NCBI GenBank assembly: GCA_017405445.1 | Contig: JAFRAK010000007.1 | Span: forward strand, 95,689-159,688 | Reading direction: 5' to 3' | Source: Bacilli bacterium | GTDB lineage: Bacteria > Bacillota_I > Bacilli_A > RF39 > UBA660 | Length of the DNA stretch: 64,000 bases | Shown here: in pieces, positions 46,266 to 53,957 of the stretch | Layout: the number at the start of each line of letters is the position of its first letter | How positions within the stretch are numbered: the first letter of the stretch is position 1 | Notes under the pieces: generated by a model | Told to the model about the DNA's origin: nothing | The model's input: the letters and a program-made list of their open reading frames with translations, nothing else | The model's database searches: none | Program-made: the position numbers and the translations under genes

Positions 46266-47714
46266 ATGCCAACAGATCAAACAAACTCAGCAGGACAATA
46301 TAATGATTTTAATGTAGTTCCTAGTGAAATAGAAGAAATTGATAGACAACTTGGAGTAATTATAGATAGAGTTGCTAAAACTCCTGATGATTTATCAGAA
46401 GTAAGCAATTCAATGAGTAGAAATTATCCAGTAATGGCTGATTATGCTGTTAATAAAGTTATAAAAGCTCAAGAAATGGCTAATTTAGCAAGTGAAATTT
46501 ATTCTGATTTATGGAAATATAGACAATGGCTTAGTGAAGCACTTACAAGATTACAGAATATGGATAATCAGTGGGCTGCTGAAAATGATAATCAATTAGG
46601 TACTGAAGGAGATGTATCACCTGTACCAGATGGAGGTTCAGCAAGTCCAGAAGTTCCTAGTTGGGATACTAGTACATCTCCAATAGATACTATAACACCA
46701 TCTGATTTGACTATAACTCCAGTTCCTTCACCTTCAGTAACTCCAACACCAACAAAGACACCAACAAAGACACCAACCCCAACACCAACAAAAACAGCAA
46801 CTGTTACCCCAACAATTACAACAGATGATGTAACTCCAATTAAAACACCTACGGTAACAAGTACCATAAGCAAAGTTCCATCAATTACAAAGAATCCAAC
46901 ACCAACACGTACTTCACTTGTAGATCCAACCTTATCTAGTCAATCAACACTTAGTTCAATGGGACCTGAATATTCTTCACTTGCAACATTATCAACATTA
47001 TCAACATTAGGTAATGGAGACGGAACAGATGGAGGAAAGATAAAAGGTGGATCATCATTAGATGGAAAATCAAGTTTATTAAATGCTTTACAAAAAGGAA
47101 CATCAAAACTTGCTTCTAGATTATCTCCAACTGGTGGTTTAGCGGGACAAAAAAGTTTTGCTTCTGCTTCTCTTGCAGGAGCAGGTCTAGCACTTGGAGC
47201 AGCTGGAATTGCAGGAGGATTATTACTTGCAGGTAAATCAGGTTATTATACATTTACACCTGAAGATTGGGAAGAAACAGAAGATCAAGTAAAAGCGAAT
47301 ATTGAAGAGAACTTCAAGAGATATGGTATGACAGATGAAGAATTTGAAGCATTTAAAGTTTCAACATATCGTATTAAATCTTCTGAACTAAACGGACATA
47401 TTAAAAAGGTTGAAAAAGCATTCTCTATTAGTGAAGAAATAGTTGATGAATTCATTAATCAATATCACTATAGTATCTTCGATGAAGATGATGAAGTAGA
47501 TAAATATTTATTATTCTTAACAATGGCAATAGATGGTATGAATACAACAGATGAAGTGAATATTTATAATATTCTTAACCCATATTTTGAAGATGAAGAT
47601 GATGTTGACTTTATCTATACAGGAATTATTTTGGATGAATATCTATATGATGAAGAATATGAAGAAGTTGAAGAGTCTGAAGAAAATAATGAAGTTGAAG
47701 AATACGAAGAATAA
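46266..47714 (+). CDS. Hypothetical protein B1: helical N-domain + Pro/Thr-rich linker + single Gly/Ala-rich TM helix + conserved acidic C-domain; paralog of 48585-50273
   Basis: RBS AAAGGAG. The linker reads TPTPTKTPTKTPTPTPTKTATVTPT. The TM helix is LAGAGLALGAAGIAGGLLLAG. The C-domain GYYTFTPEDWEETEDQV...DKYLLFLTMAIDG...NPYFEDEDDVDFIYTGI aligns with B2. Confidence 0.65.
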   Translation: MPTDQTNSAGQYNDFNVVPSEIEEIDRQLGVIIDRVAKTPDDLSEVSNSMSRNYPVMADYAVNKVIKAQEMANLASEIYSDLWKYRQWLSEALTRLQNMDNQWAAENDNQLGTEGDVSPVPDGGSASPEVPSWDTSTSPIDTITPSDLTITPVPSPSVTPTPTKTPTKTPTPTPTKTATVTPTITTDDVTPIKTPTVTSTISKVPSITKNPTPTRTSLVDPTLSSQSTLSSMGPEYSSLATLSTLSTLGNGDGTDGGKIKGGSSLDGKSSLLNALQKGTSKLASRLSPTGGLAGQKSFASASLAGAGLALGAAGIAGGLLLAGKSGYYTFTPEDWEETEDQVKANIEENFKRYGMTDEEFEAFKVSTYRIKSSELNGHIKKVEKAFSISEEIVDEFINQYHYSIFDEDDEVDKYLLFLTMAIDGMNTTDEVNIYNILNPYFEDEDDVDFIYTGIILDEYLYDEEYEEVEESEENNEVEEYEE

Positions 47715-47719
47715 ATATA

Positions 47720-47746
47720 AAAAAGATAGGAAACTATCTTTTTTTG
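47720..47746 (+). terminator. Rho-independent terminator
   Basis: AAAAGATAG gaaa CTATCTTTT followed by TTT. Confidence 0.7.
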
Positions 47747-47810
47747 TTTACTTGAAAAAAGATAAATGATACAATATTATTGAAAATAGACGATAATGGA
47801 GGCGTTATAA

Positions 47811-48566
47811 ATGGCAGAATGTACTAATTTTGAAGATTCAATTAGAGAAGGAATAAGATGTGATGAAGCTGTTATGAGTCAACCCTATATTCCAAATTTA
47901 AAAGCAGGAATAGAAGATAGTATAAATCGTATGAAAATGGATAACTTTTATGCAAATGATAGTGGTACAATTACAAAATCAAAAGAAGATTTAGAAACTT
48001 TAGATAAGGCTGTACAAGATACTGGAATTCTTTATGAAATGTATCCTGAAAAAAAAGAGTTAATGGGTAGAATACTTCAAGAAATCGAAGATTTAAAGCA
48101 GACTAAAACTAATATGGATTCTTCCATTATTGCGAGAGATTGTGACACATATAATGACAACTTAGAAGCTGCAAAAGAAGGATATATGAACGTTTTATTA
48201 AAAAAAGGATGTCAAGAATATAATAATAATCCATGTCCATTAGAGTATACTTTCAGAAAAATACCACAAGCTAAAGTAAATGGACCTTTGGAGACTACTA
48301 CACAATATGCCTATGTAAGCGATGGTGTTCTTCATAAAAGGTCAGGAAGTGTTTATGCTCCTCATGGATACCAATTTGTAGAAGCAAAAACGAAATATGA
48401 TAAAATTAGTGAAGATCAAGCTAATCATCAGGGTAATAATATGACAGCTAGTATGACTGAAACGATTAAACAAGCAAATAAGTTTATGACTAAACAATTA
48501 AATGGAAGAGGTCTTCAAACACCAAGATCTGAAACACGACCAGATCATACTTATTATTATGGGTAA
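47811..48566 (+). CDS. Hypothetical protein A2 (paralog of A1)
   Basis: RBS GGAGG. No signal peptide or TM helix. It shares motifs with A1 (see 45578-46243). Confidence 0.6.
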   Translation: MAECTNFEDSIREGIRCDEAVMSQPYIPNLKAGIEDSINRMKMDNFYANDSGTITKSKEDLETLDKAVQDTGILYEMYPEKKELMGRILQEIEDLKQTKTNMDSSIIARDCDTYNDNLEAAKEGYMNVLLKKGCQEYNNNPCPLEYTFRKIPQAKVNGPLETTTQYAYVSDGVLHKRSGSVYAPHGYQFVEAKTKYDKISEDQANHQGNNMTASMTETIKQANKFMTKQLNGRGLQTPRSETRPDHTYYYG

Positions 48567-48584
48567 GGAAAGGAGAATGATAAA

Positions 48585-50273
48585 ATGACAAAATATGCCT
48601 ACTTTCATGGGGAACAAATACCAATAGAAGAGTCAGATACAACAACACAAACACAAACACAAACACCACCAACTCCTTCCACCCCAGAAACAGAAGAAAC
48701 AATAAAAGCACATTACCATGGAGAAGAAATTGATTTGGGAATACCTAAAAAAACTAAAACAGAACCAGAACAAACTTCAACTTCAGATAAAGAAGAAAAT
48801 CCATTATCTAATACAGATACATCAAAGAGTGAAACTGCAACAGATACTGCTGGAAGTTTACTTGATTTTAATTTAGATACTAGTAAATTAAATCCTTTAA
48901 TTGAGGAAGGTTACAGAATTGCTGACAGAATTCATACAATGGATGAATTTTATAGGCTTTCGCTAGAAACATTTCCAGAATTCACAAGAGATTATGTCAG
49001 AAATCTTTACCAAACAAGTAATCAACAAGAAGCAGCTTTACAATTAGAAAAAGATCTTAGAGAATATCTTGATTGGTATTCAGAAGCAGTTAAGAATATA
49101 CAAGACGTAGATAATACACTTGCTGATCAAGTAAATGATGATATTGGTAATATGGCAAATGAATTAGATAGCGGTGGTGTGCCTGTTGATTCATCTACAC
49201 CGGTAGATGCTGCTGCTCCATATAGTTCTAGTCCAGTGGGATCTTATAGTCCAAGTAGTTCTGGAGGAGGTGGAGGTGGTATCTCTCCATATTCTCCAGC
49301 TTCTTATGGAGGATATAATCCTTCAAGCTATAGTACAAGTTCTTATCAACCTATATCTTATACTCCTTCAAGCTATACTACATCAACTTATAGTACATCA
49401 ACTTATAGTACATCAAGAAATAGTACAGGCAATACTTCTTCTATTGGAAGATCACTAACAGATCCAACAAGATCTTTTGGTTCATCAAATTCTTATGGTT
49501 CAACAGGAGGTTATTCTGGAGGAGGAACACAAGAAATTCCAACAACTATTAATGGAGGAACTTCACAAGATAACTTAAAACCATTAGAAGAAGATTCTAA
49601 ATCATCATTATTATCATCACTTGAAGATGGGGTTAAAAAAACAGCTGCAAGATTAACACCTACTTTAAAAAATCCACTATGGGCTACAGGACAAACGGCA
49701 TTTGGTCAAAAAAGTTCTGCTAATGCTGCATTAGCTGGTGCCGGACTTGCAATGGGACTTGCAGGTATCGCAGGAGGTATTTATGCAGAAAGTAAAAACG
49801 GATATTATATATTTACACCAGATGATTGGAATGAAACAGAAGAAGAAGTACAAGAAGCAATTAAATGGTGCTTTAAAAAGTCAGGAATGGATGATACTGA
49901 AATAGGGGAATTTACTTCTTCAAGTTATAAAATAAAAGCAGATGATATTAACACCCATGCTAAAAAATTAAAAAAAGCATTAGAAATAAATGAAAAAGTA
50001 TCAGATGAGTTTATTGATACTTATAGATTTACAGTATTTGATGAAGATAATGAAGTTGATAAATATCTATTATTTGTTGTAATGTCAATTGATGGTAGAT
50101 ATGCTAATAATGAAGTTAATTTCTACGATATTATTAATCCATATTTTGAAGATGATGATGATATTGACTTTTTATATAGTGGAATTGACTATTTAGAGTA
50201 TCAGATAGATGATCTAGATTCAATTAGTGAATTAGATGAGATAGACAAATTAGATTCAGTAGAAGAATACTAA
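48585..50273 (+). CDS. Hypothetical protein B2 (paralog of B1) with a Ser/Thr/Tyr/Gly-rich linker
   Basis: RBS AAAGGAG. The N-domain LREYLDWYSEAVKNIQDVDN parallels B1 LWKYRQWLSEALTRLQNMDN. The linker reads SSYSTSSYQPISYTPSSYTTSTYSTSTYSTS. The TM helix is LAGAGLAMGLAGIAGGIYA. The conserved C-domain is GYYIFTPDDWNETEEEV...DKYLLFVVMSIDG...NPYFEDDDDIDFLYSGI. Confidence 0.65.
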   Translation: MTKYAYFHGEQIPIEESDTTTQTQTQTPPTPSTPETEETIKAHYHGEEIDLGIPKKTKTEPEQTSTSDKEENPLSNTDTSKSETATDTAGSLLDFNLDTSKLNPLIEEGYRIADRIHTMDEFYRLSLETFPEFTRDYVRNLYQTSNQQEAALQLEKDLREYLDWYSEAVKNIQDVDNTLADQVNDDIGNMANELDSGGVPVDSSTPVDAAAPYSSSPVGSYSPSSSGGGGGGISPYSPASYGGYNPSSYSTSSYQPISYTPSSYTTSTYSTSTYSTSRNSTGNTSSIGRSLTDPTRSFGSSNSYGSTGGYSGGGTQEIPTTINGGTSQDNLKPLEEDSKSSLLSSLEDGVKKTAARLTPTLKNPLWATGQTAFGQKSSANAALAGAGLAMGLAGIAGGIYAESKNGYYIFTPDDWNETEEEVQEAIKWCFKKSGMDDTEIGEFTSSSYKIKADDINTHAKKLKKALEINEKVSDEFIDTYRFTVFDEDNEVDKYLLFVVMSIDGRYANNEVNFYDIINPYFEDDDDIDFLYSGIDYLEYQIDDLDSISELDEIDKLDSVEEY

Positions 50274-50280
50274 TATAAGT

Positions 50281-50313
50281 AAAATACTATCGTAAAATGA
50301 TAGTATTTTTTTT
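50281..50313 (+). terminator. Rho-independent terminator
   Basis: 11-bp stem AAAATACTATC / GATAGTATTTT, 7-nt loop, then a T-tract. Confidence 0.75.
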
Positions 50314-50377
50314 ATAAATATTTACTTATTATTAAAAAAAAGATATAATATAAATTAGAGTAAAAGGAGTTTTTGCT

Positions 50378-50638
50378 ATGGATAAGAAAAAGGTCACAAT
50401 TGAAAATAAAGATGGTACTACAAAAGAAGTAGAATTAATCACATACTTAGTAAGTGAAGACCAGAAAAAACACTATATTGTGTATTCCAAAGGAGAAGCT
50501 GCGGGAAATGATGGAGATGAAATCATTTATATATCAAGAATTGTGAATAATAATAATACAATACTAATTGAAGAAATTAAAGATGATGCAGAGTGGAGTG
50601 CAGTACAATTATTATTAAAGAAAATAGCAAATTCATAG
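50378..50638 (+). CDS. DUF1292-like small protein
   Basis: 86 aa. The pattern ENKDGTTKEVELITYLVSEDQKKHYIVYSKGE...IYISRIV...LIEEIKDDAEW resembles the DUF1292 family layout. AAAAGGAG RBS. Confidence 0.45.
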   Translation: MDKKKVTIENKDGTTKEVELITYLVSEDQKKHYIVYSKGEAAGNDGDEIIYISRIVNNNNTILIEEIKDDAEWSAVQLLLKKIANS

Positions 50639-50650
50639 GCGGTGATAAAA

Positions 50651-52360
50651 ATGTTTACAGAATATGTATTTGAAAATAGAAAATATGATATTGCTTTACG
50701 TGATGTAAAGTCTATTTTGTTTGATATTGTAATGTCAGAGCAAGAAAAAGTAACATCTATAATTTCAAAAGTAAGAACAACAGGAAATGAAGAATTACAA
50801 GAAAAATTAATTACTTTATGTAATGAACAAGGAGAATGTTTAAGAAACTTACTAGAAATAAGTAATTCTTTTAGTGAAAATTTGCAATTATTAGATTCAT
50901 ATTCACGCGAACTTAAGAAAATTGAAAACAAAAACATTGCCAGTATTATTTCTGAAATGAGAAGTGAAAATGCAAATGCTAGAAAAAAGAAAAAAGCAAA
51001 AGTAGAGGAAAACACTGAAAATAATATTCAGCAAGCAGAACCAGTTATAGAAACTGAACAAGTAGCTCAACCAGAACCAGTCGTACAAACTGAACAAATA
51101 GTTCAATCAGAACCAGTTGCACAAACTGAACAAGTAGCTCAACCGGAACCAGTTGCAGCTCCAGAAGAACCTACTGAACAACCTGTTTTAGAACAACCAC
51201 CTGTTGAAGGACAAATGGAAGCAACAGAGCAAAAACCTGCAACGGAAGGAGATCTTAAATTAAACATACCACCAGAGTTATTGGGAAAGAAACTAACATT
51301 TAAGAGTACAGCAAAACCAGTACAACCAGAAGGAGAAACTCAACCAACAGAAGCTCAAACATCACAAACTCAAACACCTGAGCAATCAACACCAGCAGAA
51401 CCACAACCAGAACCAGTTACTGCACCTGCAACTCCAGCTGCTGAAAAAGCAGAAAATTCTGCAGAAGATGGAGAGAAGAAAGAAATTAATTTGGGAGATC
51501 TTAAATTAGAGATACCACCAGATTTAATGGGAAAGAAAATCACATTTAAGAGTACGGCAAAACCAGTAGAGCCAGAAGGAGAAACTCAAGCAACAGAAGC
51601 TCAAACATCTGAACAACCAACTCCAGCGGAGCCACAACCAGTTATGGAAGAGGCAAAAAAAGAACCAGCAAATGAAATAAAGACTGAAACACCAACTGAG
51701 ACAACACCAGTACAAGATAATCCAACGAATCCAGTTACTCCAGTTATAGAACCGGAAGGATCTACACCAGTAAAAGCAGAACAACCAACACCTGCAGAAA
51801 AAACCACTGAATCTCAACCTGCAGAAGCAAAACCTGTTGAAAATGTTAATGAAGTAGAATCAAAACCATTGCTTCCATTAATTCCAGAAGAGCCTGTAGT
51901 AGAGTCTACACAACCTCAAGAAAAAACTATTTCAGAAACTACAACGCCTCAAACGACAACGCCTCAAGCTGCAACAACTCAGACTCAACCAGAAAATCAA
52001 AAAATCACAACAATAAAAAAAGAAAATACAGATGATGCAAAAGCAATTATTACTTCTGCAAAGCAAACAGAAAGTTTAAGAAATTCACTTGGTAATCAAG
52101 AAACATTACTAAATTCAAGCGGATTCTTTCAAAATAATACCAATACTGCAGCACAAAGTGATGAGAATCTAGAAAAAAATTTAATTCAAAACGGATTATT
52201 ACCTCAAGAAAGTATTGATTTACAAAAACAAGTAGAACAAAAAATGGCAGAAGCAAATAAATTATATGCTGAAGGGAAAATGGAAGAAGCACAAAAAATA
52301 TTTGATGAAATAAATACTTTAGGTAATACAATACAACCACAAGAAGCTGTTACAAAATAA
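50651..52360 (+). CDS. Hypothetical protein with a helical N-domain and a long Pro/Glu/Thr/Gln-rich repetitive region
   Basis: The start is ATG 50651 or GTG 50642. No TM helix or signal peptide. (E)QVAQPEPV(V/A)QTEQ occurs four times, and a ~50-aa module is duplicated (see repeat 51248-51640). The C-terminal tail is helical. Confidence 0.6.
   Translation: MFTEYVFENRKYDIALRDVKSILFDIVMSEQEKVTSIISKVRTTGNEELQEKLITLCNEQGECLRNLLEISNSFSENLQLLDSYSRELKKIENKNIASIISEMRSENANARKKKKAKVEENTENNIQQAEPVIETEQVAQPEPVVQTEQIVQSEPVAQTEQVAQPEPVAAPEEPTEQPVLEQPPVEGQMEATEQKPATEGDLKLNIPPELLGKKLTFKSTAKPVQPEGETQPTEAQTSQTQTPEQSTPAEPQPEPVTAPATPAAEKAENSAEDGEKKEINLGDLKLEIPPDLMGKKITFKSTAKPVEPEGETQATEAQTSEQPTPAEPQPVMEEAKKEPANEIKTETPTETTPVQDNPTNPVTPVIEPEGSTPVKAEQPTPAEKTTESQPAEAKPVENVNEVESKPLLPLIPEEPVVESTQPQEKTISETTTPQTTTPQAATTQTQPENQKITTIKKENTDDAKAIITSAKQTESLRNSLGNQETLLNSSGFFQNNTNTAAQSDENLEKNLIQNGLLPQESIDLQKQVEQKMAEANKLYAEGKMEEAQKIFDEINTLGNTIQPQEAVTK
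51248..51640 (+). repeat. Intragenic duplication, 246-nt period
   Basis: GDLKLNIPPELLGKKLTFKSTAKPVQPEGETQPTEAQTS at 51248 and GDLKLEIPPDLMGKKITFKSTAKPVEPEGETQATEAQTS at 51494. Confidence 0.7.
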
Positions 52361-52395
52361 TAATTCAGAATCAATAGTAGGAGGGAAAGAATAGT

Positions 52396-53415
52396 ATGCA
52401 TAAAGAAATAAAACAGAACAAAGCTACTTTTTATGCAAAAATACTAATAATCATTTCCATTTTGCTAATGATTACTGGATTTTTTTTGGATTATTCTAGT
52501 AAAACACGCTTAATAAATCCAAAAACTGATATTAAAGAATCTACAAATAATGATATAAAAGGAACAGAAAGTACAATTGAGATTCATCATCCAATAGGAA
52601 ATGTTCCAATAGAAATTGAAACAATTTATGGAAGTCCAGCAGCAGCAGAAGAAGAATATACAACTTCCACTCAAACCGATTATTCTGTTGAATATTCTTC
52701 TGAGTCAACTGATATTGGATCAATAGATGAATATAACAATTCACTTAGAAATAAACTACAAGATGAATATGGAATAACAATAAAGTATGGGGCAGAAACA
52801 GAAGGCTATGAAGTTGGAGATTTAACCACAATTTCCATTTCTAATGCAAATCTAGTAAATTCAACATTAACAAAATTAGAAGAAGCTTTATCTTTATATC
52901 CAGAAGGAATCTTTAAAGAAATAAGAGATGGAGGTATTCCCTTAACCCTTTATTTAGTAGATAGATATTCTACTACTGGAGTAACAGGAGTAACAGATTC
53001 TAACGTATATTTTGCCCATATGTCTATTGCTGTTGCTTATCCATTTGAAGAATCTTTTTTCCATGAGTCTTATCATTATTTAGAAAGATATATGATTGAT
53101 CGAAAGAATTACTCATTTACCAGTTGGGAAGCCTATAATCCTCCAGGATTTAGTTATGGAACATATAATTATGAGTTATCTTATGCTTCAAATGGAAAGA
53201 AAGAAGATTCTTATTTTGTCAACAACTATGCCCAAACATCAGATGCAGAAGATAGAGCATCAACATTTGAATATATGATGGACATAAATAAAGTAGCATG
53301 CTTAAACAAAAATCAACCAGTATGGAAAAAGGCCAAAGTAATGAGTCAAGCGATAGATGCTACATTCAATAGTTGTAGTCCTTATATAACAGAATACTGG
53401 GAAAGATTCTTATAG
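52396..53415 (+). CDS. Membrane-anchored putative zinc metallopeptidase (HExxH)
   Basis: RBS GGAGGG. TM helix ILIIISILLMITGFFL. The extracytoplasmic domain carries FFHESYHYLE (HExxH). The family was not identified. Confidence 0.45.
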   Translation: MHKEIKQNKATFYAKILIIISILLMITGFFLDYSSKTRLINPKTDIKESTNNDIKGTESTIEIHHPIGNVPIEIETIYGSPAAAEEEYTTSTQTDYSVEYSSESTDIGSIDEYNNSLRNKLQDEYGITIKYGAETEGYEVGDLTTISISNANLVNSTLTKLEEALSLYPEGIFKEIRDGGIPLTLYLVDRYSTTGVTGVTDSNVYFAHMSIAVAYPFEESFFHESYHYLERYMIDRKNYSFTSWEAYNPPGFSYGTYNYELSYASNGKKEDSYFVNNYAQTSDAEDRASTFEYMMDINKVACLNKNQPVWKKAKVMSQAIDATFNSCSPYITEYWERFL

Positions 53416-53427
53416 AAGGTGCATAAT

Positions 53428-53946
53428 ATGAAAGAAATAATTATTAATGATAATCATTTGTTAGATAGTGATATAGAAAAAGAAGTAGTTCGTGTAAAAG
53501 GATTAATCATTAATTCTCACGGAAAAATATTACTTGCTCACAATAACAATACATTCCAATTCCCTGGAGGACACTTAGATGAAGGGGAAGATATGAATGA
53601 ATGTATTACTCGTGAAATAGTAGAAGAAACTGGAATTCATGTTATCTTAAAAGAAGAACCATTTCTATGCATTAAGACATATGATAATGACTATTTTGGT
53701 ACTGGAAAGAAAGTATTAAATTCAATCTATTATTATCGCTTTTTTACAGATGAATTACCAAACTTTGAAGAAACACATTATGATGAATTAGAACTCGCAA
53801 CAGAATTTGATTTATTCTACATTCCATTTGTAGATTTAAAAAACTTTCTTCAAAAATGTATAGAAGATGAAAAAATAGATCCAAATATTGGAAGAGAAAT
53901 GATTCATGTCGTTGAAATATACAATGAAATATATAATACAAAATAG
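53428..53946 (+). CDS. NUDIX hydrolase
   Basis: Complete Nudix box GGHLDEGEDMNECITREIVEETGI (GX5EX7REUXEEXGU). ATG 53428 follows GAAGGTG. Confidence 0.85.
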   Translation: MKEIIINDNHLLDSDIEKEVVRVKGLIINSHGKILLAHNNNTFQFPGGHLDEGEDMNECITREIVEETGIHVILKEEPFLCIKTYDNDYFGTGKKVLNSIYYYRFFTDELPNFEETHYDELELATEFDLFYIPFVDLKNFLQKCIEDEKIDPNIGREMIHVVEIYNEIYNTK

Positions 53947-53957
53947 GATGTGATACT

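Noticed and set aside
47587-47769. 60-aa + strand ORF rich in Met/Lys
   Set aside because: It is an alternative frame of the acidic GAA/GAT-rich 3' end of B1 and runs through the B1 terminator.
46592-49458. ORFs 46592-46873 (-) and 49207-49458 (+), rich in V/G/T or L/Q/V
   Set aside because: These are alternative-frame readings of the PT-repeat and S/T/Y-repeat linkers of B1 and B2. Low-complexity DNA stays open in several frames.
50527-52401. Minus-strand ORFs 50527-51015, 50903-51106, 51524-51817, 51601-51807, 52050-52340 and 52204-52401
   Set aside because: They lie antisense within the repetitive Pro/Glu-rich gene, have Cys/Trp/Phe-rich nonsense composition and no start context.
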